A stretch of 64,000 nucleotides of DNA from an uncultured Acidobacteriota bacterium (GCA_963773005.1 CAVYZR010000008.1:545469-609468); one strand, 5' to 3'. Counted from the first letter of the stretch, positions 44,155 to 54,536 are shown. Numbers and translations are program-made. The notes: generated from the sequence alone by a model not told the origin.

Positions 44155-44412
44155 CCACGTCTGAACTGCCCCGATCAGGGGCACTTCCTCTTCTTCCTCC
44201 ACAAGGGGTTTCCCACCACGGGAGTTTTCCGTCTGACCGGCCTCCGATAAAGCTACGGCGGTCCGCCGACCGCCTCCGCCGAAGGCTTCGGCGAGTCTGC
44301 CGTAACGTTGTGAAGGCGGAAGCCTTTGGCAACGGCGGATGACGGCAGCGACCGCCTTTCTTCGTGTTATCCTCCCGCCTTCCCGGCTCCCGGACTTTGA
44401 GGAAAGGCGTCC

Positions 44413-46198
44413 ATGACTACGCGCGTACTTAGTCCACGTTCGGTGCGAACGTTCGTTGGCGCTCTGTTTCTCGGCGCCGCGGTCCTGACCTCGTCTAGTG
44501 GGACAGTGACGGCGGGGCAGGGCGCCCCGCAGCCGACCCCACCGCCACCTGCACCAGTGCAGCGCAATCCCGGCGCGCCGGCCGGCGACGTCATCAAGGC
44601 GGAATTCGACCAGAGCAAGGTCTACCCCGGGACGTGGCGCGAGTACTGGGTGTATGTGCCGAAGCAGCTCGATCGGACCAAGCCCGCGCCCGTCATGGTC
44701 TTCCAGGACGGGGTCCAGTACAGCGCCCCGATCGTCTTCGACAATCTGATCCACGCGAAGGCGATTCCGCCGCTCGTCGGCGTCTTCGTGATGCACGGCC
44801 GAGTCAGGGCGCCATCGGCGGACGCGCTCGACCGCATGAATCGGAGCTACGAGTACCGACTCGGTCAGCGGCGATTACGCGCGCTTTTTGCTCGACGAAC
44901 TGCTGCCCCACGTGGCACAGACCCAAGGATTGCAATTGTCGAACGACCCGAACGATCGGGCCATTGCCGGGAACAGCAGCGGCGCGATCGCGGCGTTTGC
45001 CGCGGCCTGGCAACGCCCGGACGCGTTTCGTCGCGTGTTCAGCGCGATCGGCACGTATGTTGGCCTGCGCGGCGGAAACGAGTTTCCGGTCCTCATTCGA
45101 AAGACCGAGCCCAAACCGATCCGCGTCTTCCTGCAGGACGGCCGGAACGATCTGAACAACTACACCGGCAGCTGGTTTGTCGCCAACCAGGACATGCAGT
45201 CGGCGCTCGAGTACGCGGGTTACGACCTTCGCTACGAGTGGGGCGAGGGCGAGCACAACTCTAGGCATGCCACCGAGATCTTTCCGCAGGCGCTGACCTG
45301 GCTGTGGCGCGACTGGCCCGCGCCGCTGAAGGCGAACCCCGACGGGAAGTCGCGTCAGGACGTCTATCAGGTGCTCGTCCCAGGTGAAGACTGGCAGGTG
45401 GTTGGCGTTGGATATCGCGCGACCGATGGGCCGGCAGTGAGCGCCACCGGTGAGTTGTACTTCACGGATCCGCCAAACAATCGGATTCACAAAGTCGGGC
45501 TGGATGGCAAGGTTGCTGTCTTTGCCGAGAATACCAACGGCGCGAACGGCATGATGTTCGGTCCCGACGGACGGCTCTATACGGGCGCGACGCGGACGCG
45601 GCAGATTGTCGCCTACGATCCTGCTGGCAAGCCACAAGTGCTCGCCGAGGATATGCCGGTGAACGATCTTGCGGTCAACGTCAAAGGCGATCTCTATTTC
45701 ACGGATACGGCCAACAAGAAGGTGTGGTTGCTGCCGAAAGGCGGTACACCGCGTGTGGTCGACGAGGGGATCGAGTCACCAAACGGCGTGTTGTTCTCGC
45801 CCGATCAGACGCTGCTCTACGTGTCGGATTACGTCGGGCAGCTCTCATGGGTCTTCCAGATTCAACCCGATGGCTCGCTGGCCTACAAGCAGCGCTACTT
45901 CTACGTGCACATGCCGGATGCGGCGACCCGCAGTTCCTCGGATGGCATGGCGGTCGATACTGAGGGTCGTGTCTACATCGCCACCGCGCTCGGCGTGCAG
46001 GTCTTCGATCAGATTGGCAAATGCCACGCGATTATTCCCGCGCCCCAGCGGATGTCGCTGTCGAATGTCGAGTTCGGTGGCCCGAACTTCGACGAGATGT
46101 ATGTCACCAACGGCGACAAGGTCTTCAAGCGCAAGACCAAGGTGAAGGGCGTCCTCTCGTGGCGCCCGGCGATCAAGCCGGCGCCGCCGCGGCTCTAG
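44413..46198 (+). pseudogene. esterase (putative-esterase family) fused to SMP-30/gluconolactonase-like beta-propeller; frame interrupted near 44851-44860
   Basis: ORF 44413..45264 carries the signal peptide and esterase N-terminus up to ...NRSYEY. The conserved continuation DSVSGDYARFLLDELLPHV...AGNSSGAIAAF... and the SMP-30-like repeats are in the next frame (ORF 44888..46198). One extra base fits. Confidence 0.6.
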
Positions 46199-46271
46199 GG
46201 GCCGTTTCGCTGTGGGTGCGCTGATTGTTGTGCAGTGCGCGACCGATATATAGGCGATGCGGAACGCGTAT

Positions 46272-46292
46272 ATAGTTTGCATCTCAAACTAT
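46272..46292. promoter_or_regulatory. palindromic candidate operator ATAGTTTG-N5-CAAACTAT upstream of the TonB receptor
   Basis: Perfect 8-bp arms in an AT-rich patch that also holds TATATAG x2 (46247, 46269) and CATAT-GAT-ATATG (46310-22). Shares the 11-mer TCAAACTATTT (46284-94) with the 17-bp array (27163-73). Confidence 0.45.
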
Positions 46293-46405
46293 TTGCGAAC
46301 CGACTGTCGCATATGATATATGACGTCCCTCGCAATCCACTCAGGGCATAGTGTTTTGACGCGCGTCGCTTTGGTCAGTCGCTCGGTCAGTAAAGAGGAG
46401 GAGAA

Positions 46406-49400
46406 ATGATCAGGTACGCAAGTTCGGCGCTGGGACGAGGTCTGTGCGTCGCCGCACTGAGTCTCGGTCTGGCAGCATCGGCGGCGGCACAGTCGGTCAG
46501 CGGCACCATTCTCGGCACGGTCACCGATTCCACTGGCGCGACCGTCGCGGGTGCGAAGGTCACCATCGTCAACGAGGGCACAGGTCTCACCCGTGTCCTC
46601 ACCGCGGACAGCAACGGCGAGTACACGGCGCCGGCTCTGCCCACCGGGCACTACACCATCACCTCTGAAATGACCGGATTCAAGACCGTCGCGCTGTCGA
46701 ACGTCGAAGTCGGCGTCGACCAGCGCGTCCGTATCAATATCAAGCATGAAGTCGGCGCGATGACTGAATCGGTCAGCGTCACGGCCGATACGCCATTGAT
46801 TCAAACCTCCTCTTCTGAACTCGGCACGACCGTTGGCAGCACCCAGATCGAAGCGCTCCCGCTGAACGGCCGCAACTTTGTCAGCCTTACCCGCTCGATT
46901 CCGGGCGTTCTTCGCGGCATTCCAGGCGCGAACATCGACGGCGCTGGCAGCCTCGCCTGGCGCGCGTCGGCGTCGTTTTCCGCCAACGGTCAGCGTCCGC
47001 GTGACAACAACTACATGCTCGACGGCGTCGACAACAACGAGACCTGGCTGCAGACGGTCGTTATCTTCCCGAGCGTCGATGCGCTCGACGAGTTCAAGAT
47101 GCAGACCTCGACGTACTCCGCCGAGTACGGCCGGTCGCTCGGAGGCGTCGTCAACCTGCAGATCAAGTCAGGGACCAACAGCCTGCACGGCAGCGGGTTC
47201 GAGTTCCACCGCAACGACGCGTTCGACGCCAACAATTTCTTCAACAACCGCGCCGGCCGCGGCAAGCCGGAGTTCAAGCAGAACCAGTTCGGCGGCACCA
47301 TCGGCGGCGCGGTGTTCAAGGACAAGACCTTCTTCTTCTCCGACTACCAGGGCCATCGGGAGACGCTCGGCCAGACGTTCCTCTCGACGGTGCCCTCGAT
47401 GGCCATGCGCGCCGGCAATTTCTCGGAAGTGTCGCGCGTCATTTACGATCCGACCACGCGCGAGCCGTTCCCGGGCAATACCATTCCGACCGAACGCATT
47501 GACACGGTCGCGCGCAACATCCTGACGCAGCTCTATCCGGAACCGAATACGCCCGGCACGCGCCAGGCGTCCAACGGCCAGACGATCAACAACTACCTGA
47601 TCAATCCAATCAAGGAGCGGCAGGACAACCAGTTCGACGTCAAGGTCGATCACAACCTGACGACGTCAAACCGGTTCTTCACGCGTTACAGCTACCAGAA
47701 GACGCATCGGAACCAGCCCGCCACGCTGCCGCATGGTGACGCGGGGGCCACCTTCGGCGCCGGCGAAGGCGACATCAAGGCGCAAGGGCTGGCCTTCAAC
47801 GATACGCAGACCCTGGGCACCAACTGGCTCAACGAGTTCCGTTTTGGCTGGTCGTCGGTCAAGTTTTTCATGACCTCGATCGACTACGGTACCAATCCGG
47901 CGAACGCGGTCGGTCTGCCGGGAATCAACCTCAATCAAGCGACATCCGCCATGTCGCAGCTCACCTTCCAGAACATTCGCAACCTGGGGGCCAACGGCAA
48001 CCAGCCGCTCATCACCAACCAGAACGATTTTCAGATTTTCGACAACGTCACCTGGATCAAGGGCAAGCACACGGTGAAGAGCGGCGGGAACATTACCTTC
48101 CGGTCGCGCGAGATTCTCAACGCGGACTCGATCACCGGCGTCTTCAACTTCAACAACAACATGACGTCGAACTGCGCGGGCCAGGCCGCCGGCTGTTCGG
48201 TGAACAGCGCCACGGGCTTCGACGTGGCAAGCTTCATGCTCGGTCTCGTCAACACCAAGGTTCGTAACCTCTTCGACGCGAACACGTACACCGAGACGCG
48301 CCCTGAATATTCTCTGTACGTTCAGGATGACTATCGTCTGACCAACCGTCTGACGATGAATCTCGGGCTGCGCTGGGACGTGTACGTGCCGTGGATTGAG
48401 AAGGACAATCGCCAGTCGAACTTCGACGAGTCGACAGGTACGTTCGTGGTCGCCTCCGACAATGCGGTGATTAACGGCGTGGAAGTTGGTCGCTACCTGC
48501 AGACATACTCGAAGGGCGACCTCGGGCCGCGATTCGGCCTCGCCTACGATCTGACCGGCGATGGTAAGACGATGATTCGTGGCGGCTTTGGCGTCTTCTG
48601 GAACTTCACGCCCGGCGGCACGTCGTCGTCGAAGGCCCAGAACCCGCCATTTCTCCAGGGGACGGCGCTCAACGCGTCGCCGACCTCTTACGGCGTCAAC
48701 TTGCTCCTCAAGGATGGCATGCCGCCGCCTCCCGGGGTCGACCCCAATCGTCCTGCTGCCGGCAACACGCGCTCAATCTTCGACATCAACTTCCGCGACG
48801 CCTACGCGCGCCAGTGGAACTTGAACGTTCAGCGGTCCTTCTTCACAAACTACATGCTGGAGGTGGCCTATGTCGGGTCACAGGGCCGGGACATGCTCTA
48901 CAAGGGCGACCCGAATCAGGCGCCGCCCGTGGTCGGCGTAACCGACGCGAACGTCAATCGCCCGTATGCGAGAATCTCGCCGGCGCTCCGGACCATCGGC
49001 CAGGTGCAGAGCAAGGGCACGCTCGATTACCACGCGTTGCTCGTAAAGTTCCAGCGCCGATTTGCGAACAACTTCTCGATGCTGAATTCGTACACCTACG
49101 GCAAAGCCATCGACCTCAACTCCGACAACGATGGCAACGTCACGCTGACCAACGTCTACGATCCGCAGTACAACCGCGGCCCGGCCGACTACGACATCAC
49201 GCACACCTTCGCCTCGAGCTGGATCTACGAGATCCCGTGGGCGACCCAGAAGCTCTACGGTGGATGGCAAGTCGCTGGAATCCTGACGGCGCGAGGCGGC
49301 CTGCCGCTGACCGTCACGTCCACGCAGGGCGTCCAGTCGACGGGGACCGGCAATCGCCCGAACCGGGTCTGCGACGGCAGACTTTCCAACCCGACGATCG

Positions 49401-49723
49401 ATCAGTGGTTCGACACGAGCTGCTTCGTGCAGACGACCGAGATCACGGGGACCTACGGCGATTCCGGCCGTGGCGTGATCCGTGGTCCGGGGTCGTTCAA
49501 CATCGACGCGTCGCTCATCAAGAACACGAGGATCGGCCGCACTACGACCGAGATTCGCGTCGAGGCGTTCAACGTCCTCAATCACCCGCAGTTCGGCAAC
49601 CCGAACACGACGGTTGGCAATGCCGCCTACGGCACGATCTCGACGATGCTGTCGAGCCCGTCGTGCTCGCTCTGCGGCACGGTCGAGCGGCAGGTGCAGC
49701 TGGCGATCAAGGTCCGCTTCTAA
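46406..49723 (+). CDS. TonB-dependent receptor with carboxypeptidase-regulatory-like N-terminal domain
   Basis: 1105 aa with SD GAGGAGG and a signal peptide. N-terminus SGTILGTVTDSTGATVAGAKVTIVNEGTGLTRVLTADSNGEYTAPALPTGHYTI, plug LPLNGRNF, barrel ending ...QLAIKVRF. Confidence 0.85.
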   Translation: MIRYASSALGRGLCVAALSLGLAASAAAQSVSGTILGTVTDSTGATVAGAKVTIVNEGTGLTRVLTADSNGEYTAPALPTGHYTITSEMTGFKTVALSNVEVGVDQRVRINIKHEVGAMTESVSVTADTPLIQTSSSELGTTVGSTQIEALPLNGRNFVSLTRSIPGVLRGIPGANIDGAGSLAWRASASFSANGQRPRDNNYMLDGVDNNETWLQTVVIFPSVDALDEFKMQTSTYSAEYGRSLGGVVNLQIKSGTNSLHGSGFEFHRNDAFDANNFFNNRAGRGKPEFKQNQFGGTIGGAVFKDKTFFFSDYQGHRETLGQTFLSTVPSMAMRAGNFSEVSRVIYDPTTREPFPGNTIPTERIDTVARNILTQLYPEPNTPGTRQASNGQTINNYLINPIKERQDNQFDVKVDHNLTTSNRFFTRYSYQKTHRNQPATLPHGDAGATFGAGEGDIKAQGLAFNDTQTLGTNWLNEFRFGWSSVKFFMTSIDYGTNPANAVGLPGINLNQATSAMSQLTFQNIRNLGANGNQPLITNQNDFQIFDNVTWIKGKHTVKSGGNITFRSREILNADSITGVFNFNNNMTSNCAGQAAGCSVNSATGFDVASFMLGLVNTKVRNLFDANTYTETRPEYSLYVQDDYRLTNRLTMNLGLRWDVYVPWIEKDNRQSNFDESTGTFVVASDNAVINGVEVGRYLQTYSKGDLGPRFGLAYDLTGDGKTMIRGGFGVFWNFTPGGTSSSKAQNPPFLQGTALNASPTSYGVNLLLKDGMPPPPGVDPNRPAAGNTRSIFDINFRDAYARQWNLNVQRSFFTNYMLEVAYVGSQGRDMLYKGDPNQAPPVVGVTDANVNRPYARISPALRTIGQVQSKGTLDYHALLVKFQRRFANNFSMLNSYTYGKAIDLNSDNDGNVTLTNVYDPQYNRGPADYDITHTFASSWIYEIPWATQKLYGGWQVAGILTARGGLPLTVTSTQGVQSTGTGNRPNRVCDGRLSNPTIDQWFDTSCFVQTTEITGTYGDSGRGVIRGPGSFNIDASLIKNTRIGRTTTEIRVEAFNVLNHPQFGNPNTTVGNAAYGTISTMLSSPSCSLCGTVERQVQLAIKVRF

Positions 49724-49724
49724 G

Positions 49725-49755
49725 CCACGGAATACACGGAATACACGGAATACAC
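49725..49755. repeat. CACGGAATA 9-mer x3 (family B)
   Basis: CCACGGAATACACGGAATACACGGAATACAC, starting 2 nt after the receptor stop codon. Confidence 0.85.
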
Positions 49756-49757
49756 TG

Positions 49758-49797
49758 CGACGGGCCACGTGCTGAAGCGCGTGGCCCGTCGTTGTCT
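49758..49797 (+). terminator. strong hairpin terminator candidate after the TonB receptor
   Basis: 15-bp stem (49758-72 with 49777-91, one G-U pair) with a TGAA tetraloop, followed by TTGTCT (a poor U-tract). Confidence 0.55.
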
Positions 49798-49863
49798 CAT
49801 GGGGACGGCGCGGGCCACCAGGACGCGCGCCACGCCCGTCAATCTCGATAATCCGCCACACCC

Positions 49864-50033
49864 CACTGATTACACGGGATTCTCAGGCCACGGATCACAG
49901 GCCACGGATCACAGGCCACGGATCACACGGATTACACGGACCCGCAAAACCTTCGTGTGCGTCTGGCGGCTCTTACCCACGCGGCCCGTGTTGTCCGCGG
50001 CTCGGGATTCCGTGAAACCCGTGTCATCCGTGG
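49864..50033. repeat. family B repeat cluster in inverted arrangement
   Basis: 49864-49942 holds CACGGA-sense units, including 3 x CAGGCCACGGATCA (49885-49926). 50006-50033 holds TCCGTG-sense units. Segment 49916-49942 is ~80% complementary to 50006-50033. Confidence 0.7.
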
Positions 50034-50104
50034 CTTGGGACTCTGGGGGTAACGTCCCCATGAGAAGGCTTGTCGCGGTCCAGCGGATGGAGTAGCTTCT
50101 CCGC

Positions 50105-50854
50105 ATGATCCGTGCAGTAGCCGGGGTGGCGGGGCTGTCGATTGCCTTGGTTTCATCCGCCCCCGCACCTCCTGGCCTCGTCAGGCTCGGCGAAGTCCTG
50201 GTCTTCAGCGCGACGGGTCTTCCCGCCGACGCCAACGCCAACGCAATCGCGCAACTCCTCACAAAAGCCGCGCCACAGCGGCCCGAACCTGGCGTTGCAG
50301 TACACATGTTCCAGGGAGACCGGGGGAGTCGCAAAGGACTGCACGCGCTCGTCTGGACGGTCGACACGCTGCAGAGGCGCCGCGGGGTTCCAGATCTCGG
50401 AAGTGGCGTCGCGAGCCCCGTCGAATACCACCTGCTGGCTCCCGATACACTCGGAGCGCTTCCTGAGGTCGATGTCCTGGGGTTTCACTACGCGAGCGTG
50501 CGACCCGATCGCGCTGAAGCGTTCGAGCAGTTCGTCAGGCAGACACTGCACCCTGCCGTAGGTACCCTCAGGCCCGATCTCAGAATCCTGTATTACAAGG
50601 CCGTCCACGGCGCGCAGGCTGGCACCTACGTGGCTCTCTTCGCGCTGACCAGGGCGTCACGCGACAAATACTGGCCCGGCGGTTCAGACTCCGACGAGCT
50701 CAGAGCTGCCTTCAAACCGGTCCAGGGCCTGACGAAAGAGCTCAGCACATATCTTGTCGATGGCTCGTTTCTCGCGGATCCGAAGTTTGCCGCGGCCGTC
50801 TTCGAAAGCCGCCAGTGGGCGGATTTCGTGCTCGTGCCGACGGACCCTCGTTAA
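50105..50854 (+). CDS. hypothetical secreted protein
   Basis: 249 aa with an N-terminal hydrophobic segment MIRAVAGVAGLSIALVSSAPA. Coding-like composition; no recognised family. Confidence 0.5.
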   Translation: MIRAVAGVAGLSIALVSSAPAPPGLVRLGEVLVFSATGLPADANANAIAQLLTKAAPQRPEPGVAVHMFQGDRGSRKGLHALVWTVDTLQRRRGVPDLGSGVASPVEYHLLAPDTLGALPEVDVLGFHYASVRPDRAEAFEQFVRQTLHPAVGTLRPDLRILYYKAVHGAQAGTYVALFALTRASRDKYWPGGSDSDELRAAFKPVQGLTKELSTYLVDGSFLADPKFAAAVFESRQWADFVLVPTDPR

Positions 50855-50878
50855 CCTCAGTCAACCGGAGACGCCGCC

Positions 50879-52396
50879 ATGACTGACATCGATCGCCGAA
50901 CATTCCTGACCGGGCTCTCCGCCGCGACGGCTTTCACCATCGTTCCACGGCGTGTGCTCGGCGGCCAGGGGTTCGTCGCGCCGAGCGACATGATTCGCCT
51001 GGCACAGGTCGGCTGCGGATTGCAGTCGCAGCGCCAGGTCAACACGGGGTTCGTGCGCCGCCCCGACATCCAGTTCGTTGCGGTCGTCGATCCCAACCGC
51101 GACAGCCAGAACTATGTCGACTGGAGTGAGTTCGGCAACCGCAACCAGATTCGAAAGTTTCTGGAGGACCCCAATTGGGGCGCGGGCGACAAAGGGATTC
51201 GCGGCGGACGTGAAGTCGCCCGCGAGATCATGGAGACCTACTACAAGAAGCAGCAGCGACCGGGAGGGATTCGCGCCTACGAAGACTACCGCGAGATGCT
51301 CGAGAAGGAGACCGACATCCAGGGCGTGATCAACATCACGCCAGACCACCAGCACGGCAACATCAACATTGCTGCGCTCAAGAAGGGGCGGGCGGCGATC
51401 TCCCACAAGCCAGTCGCGAGCGTCATGTACGAAGTCAGGCGCACGATACAAACGGCAAAAGACAGCGCCGCGGTGTCGCACCTGCTCGCCTACAGTAACA
51501 GCCCCGACCGGCATACGCTCGCCGCGTGGATTAACTCAGGCGCAATCGGTACCATCCGCGAAGTCCACAACTGGACCGATCGGCCATTCTGGCCCCAGGG
51601 CATGCAGGCGTATCACACGTCCGGACCGCCCGTGCCCGATGGGTTCAACTGGGCGCTGTGGCAGGGCCCCGAGCCGGATCGCCCCTATCATCCGAGTTAT
51701 ACCTTCGCGGTGTATCGAGGCTGGTATGCGTATGGCACCGGCTGCCTCGGCGATATGGGCCATTACAGCCTGTGGCAGCCCTATCGGATCCTGAACCTCG
51801 GCGTGCCCGAATGGGTCGAGGGGCGGCCCAACAACGATGCCTTCGTCAACGACCGCAACGTCAGCACCGGCGGCCGCGTCTCGCTGGCCGCGTTTCCTCG
51901 CGCGAGCACTGTCCGGTGGCGCCATCCGGCGACCGCTACCCGTCCGGCAGTCGACACGTTCTGGTACGACGGCGGGATGAAGCCGCAGACGCCGGAAGAG
52001 CTCTATGCCGATGGAGAGGATCTCAAGGCCGAGGGGATGTTGATCATCGGCGACAAGGGCAAAATCCTCTGCGACTTTCGCGGCACCGCGCCACGCCTCA
52101 TCCCGCGCAGCCGTCAGCAGGCCTTTGCGGGATCGGTTCCCGTGCCAGAGTTCGACGCAACCAGCCCGGAAGACGAGTGGGTGAACGCGATCAAGAACGG
52201 CAAGAAGTCACGCGGCAGCTTCGAGGAGGTCGCCGCACTCGCCGAAGCAGTCGCGTTGGCTGGGATCGCGCTGCGCGTCCCGTATAAGCGTCTGATGTGG
52301 AATTCCGAGCGGATGGAGTTCACGAACGCTCCCGAAGCCAACGCCTTCGTCCGGCGCGAGCAGTACCGGGAGGGCTGGCAGACGCAAATCGAGTGA
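50879..52396 (+). CDS. Gfo/Idh/MocA-family oxidoreductase with TAT signal
   Basis: Twin-arginine motif DRRTFLTGLSAATAFTIVP, Rossmann-like IRLAQVGCG, 505 aa. Confidence 0.7.
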   Translation: MTDIDRRTFLTGLSAATAFTIVPRRVLGGQGFVAPSDMIRLAQVGCGLQSQRQVNTGFVRRPDIQFVAVVDPNRDSQNYVDWSEFGNRNQIRKFLEDPNWGAGDKGIRGGREVAREIMETYYKKQQRPGGIRAYEDYREMLEKETDIQGVINITPDHQHGNINIAALKKGRAAISHKPVASVMYEVRRTIQTAKDSAAVSHLLAYSNSPDRHTLAAWINSGAIGTIREVHNWTDRPFWPQGMQAYHTSGPPVPDGFNWALWQGPEPDRPYHPSYTFAVYRGWYAYGTGCLGDMGHYSLWQPYRILNLGVPEWVEGRPNNDAFVNDRNVSTGGRVSLAAFPRASTVRWRHPATATRPAVDTFWYDGGMKPQTPEELYADGEDLKAEGMLIIGDKGKILCDFRGTAPRLIPRSRQQAFAGSVPVPEFDATSPEDEWVNAIKNGKKSRGSFEEVAALAEAVALAGIALRVPYKRLMWNSERMEFTNAPEANAFVRREQYREGWQTQIE

Positions 52397-52460
52397 GATC
52401 GGCGCCCACGACTCGTTGTTGGGATGTTCGTCACGTTGGGAAAGCCGCTACGATAACAGC

Positions 52461-53543
52461 GTGGCGCGCGAATTTCGCATAGCCGTCCTTCCCGGCGATG
52501 GAATCGGCCGGGAAGTGATGGCTCCCTGTCTGACCCTGCTCGAGGCGGTGACCTCGGCGACTGGCGTCCGTCTGCGCCTGGATTCGTACGAAGCAGGCGC
52601 TGAGCTTTACCGCAGAACCGGCGTTGCGCTGCCTGCCGAAGTGTTGCAGGCCGCGGCCTCGGCCGACGCCGTCCTCCTCGGTGCCATGGGACATCCCGAC
52701 ATCCGCTACCCGAACGGCACCGAGGTCGTTCCTCAGATCGATCTGCGCGACCACTTCGAGCTCTACGCCGGCCTCCGGCCGATCCGCGCGCTCCCTGGCG
52801 TGCGCACGACGCTTGCGGACCCCCGCGCGGGCGACATCGATTTCGTGGTCGTTCGAGAATCCACCGAGGGACTCTTCGCCGCGCGGAATGAAAGCCGGCG
52901 CGACGGCGATGCAGCCGTCTTCGACACCATGCGCGTCACCCGCCGCGGCTGCGTCCGCCTGTTCGAGTCGGCGTTCGCGCTCGCCCGTAGTCGCCGCCGG
53001 CGCACGCTTGGGAATGCGAACGTCACCTGCGTCGACAAGGCCAATGTGCTGCCGTCGATGGCCTTCTTCCGCGAAATTTTTCTGGAGTGCGCCGCTCGAT
53101 ATCCCGACGTCGCCACGGACTGCGTCTACGTCGACGCCGCGGCGCTGCGGTTCGTCAAAGCGCCATGGACTCTCGATGTCGTCGTCACCGAGAACATGTT
53201 CGGGGACATCCTGTCGGATCTCGGTGCCGGCCTGATCGGCGGTATGGGGATGGCGCCATCGGCGGACATCGGCGAACGGCAGGCGGTGTTCCAGCCCTGC
53301 CACGGCACTGCGCCGGACATTGCCGGCCGCGGGCTGGCCAATCCGACGGCGATGTTCCTGTCAGCCGCGATGATGCTCGACTGGCTGGGCGAGCGTCACG
53401 ACGTTTCGTCGTGTCAGGCCGCGGCGGGGATGCTGACGGGCGCCGTCGAGCGGGCGTTTGCCGACGGCACGCTCGTGCCGACCGAGCACGGCGGCAGCGC
53501 CGGCACTGCGGCGATTACCGAACGCGTCACCTTGGCGCTGTAG
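52461..53543 (+). CDS. isocitrate/isopropylmalate dehydrogenase-family enzyme (tartrate/3-IPM dehydrogenase-like)
   Basis: Likely GTG start at 52461 (track start 52416). Motifs FRIAVLPGDGIGREV, VRESTEGLF, NMFGDILSDLGAGLIGGMGMAPSA, HGTAPDIAG. Confidence 0.75.
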   Translation: MAREFRIAVLPGDGIGREVMAPCLTLLEAVTSATGVRLRLDSYEAGAELYRRTGVALPAEVLQAAASADAVLLGAMGHPDIRYPNGTEVVPQIDLRDHFELYAGLRPIRALPGVRTTLADPRAGDIDFVVVRESTEGLFAARNESRRDGDAAVFDTMRVTRRGCVRLFESAFALARSRRRRTLGNANVTCVDKANVLPSMAFFREIFLECAARYPDVATDCVYVDAAALRFVKAPWTLDVVVTENMFGDILSDLGAGLIGGMGMAPSADIGERQAVFQPCHGTAPDIAGRGLANPTAMFLSAAMMLDWLGERHDVSSCQAAAGMLTGAVERAFADGTLVPTEHGGSAGTAAITERVTLAL

Positions 53544-53619
53544 GCTCGCTATCGCAACGCCAGCGTCGCGCTGCCGGATTGGAACACACCGGTCGACCGC
53601 GTATACCAGGGGCGCTGCG

Positions 53620-54072
53620 ATGCCAAGCATTGCTTTGATAGTGGCCGGCGCTTACTTCGCGCTCTTCGCGCTGGCGCTTCTGTGGAACGTCGTGACCGAC
53701 CTCGTCGCAGGACTCGGCGCGGCCATGCGCGCGAGGCAATTCCCGCATGACGTTCCCTTGTCCGACCCCAGGGTCGTCGTCACGCTTGTCCATGGCACGT
53801 GGGGGCGTAAAACGACGTGGATTCTTCCAGACTCTCCTCTGTGCCAAACGCTTCTCCGAGCGGCTGATGCCCCGGTCCTGTTTCAGCGGTTTATGTGGTC
53901 AGGCAGCAACTCGATCTCGGCCCGTCGGACCGCCGTCCGTGGTCTGGTTACGCATCTTCACACCGCGATCCAACGGTGGCCGCACGCCGAACACTGTGTC
54001 GTGGCGCACAGTCATGGCGGCAACGTCGCGTTCCAGGCGCTCGCTGATCCTGTGCTGCTCAGGCGATCCTGA
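53620..54072 (+). pseudogene. alpha/beta-hydrolase N-terminal fragment (3'-truncated)
   Basis: ATG 53620. TM helix, then VTLVHGTWG...WSGSNS...AHSHGGNV (nucleophile elbow). The ORF stops ~18 aa later, before any Asp/His of a catalytic triad. Confidence 0.45.
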
Positions 54073-54536
54073 CACTCACCAGGGCGCTCGCCGGATCGTG
54101 GCGCACCAGCGAGACCTACGAGCGCACGGAACCAACGCCGAACGGAGGGACGGGCGAGGGTGAAGCGGTGTGGCGTCCCGGGCCGGGAGGGTTCACGTTG
54201 CTCGAAGAGTACCAATCGAGAACGCCTCTCGGGGAGCTATTCGGTTTCGGCGTCATCTGGTGGGACTCGGCCAAAGATCTCCAACACCTCTGGTGCATCA
54301 ACGTCATTCCGACAGGTTGTGAAATGTTTCCCGGTCCGCCTTTACCGGGCCCGACATGGGACGGCACGGCGCTCGTGATCGATACAGAGGTCGTCGTTGG
54401 TGGAAAGAAGTTGCAATGGCACGAGACGATTTCCGACTTCACAGAAACGTCTTATGTTGTCACCGTCGATCTCGGTGACTCGCGTACAACGATGAAGCGC
54501 TGGTTGAACAGCCGTGCGGCGAAGGTCAGGAAGTAA
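54048..54536 (+). pseudogene. DUF1579-like fragment lacking a start codon (5'-truncated)
   Basis: The frame is open from 54048 with no ATG/GTG/TTG before GTG 54168. Sequence LAGSWRTSETYE...GGFTLLEEY...GVIWWDSAKDLQHLW...TSYVVTVD resembles DUF1579 (identification from memory). GC is visibly lower than in the neighbours. Confidence 0.4.

Noticed and set aside
49885-49926. CRISPR-like 14-bp x3 repeat
   Set aside because: It is a perfectly contiguous tandem repeat without spacers and is part of the CACGGA family.
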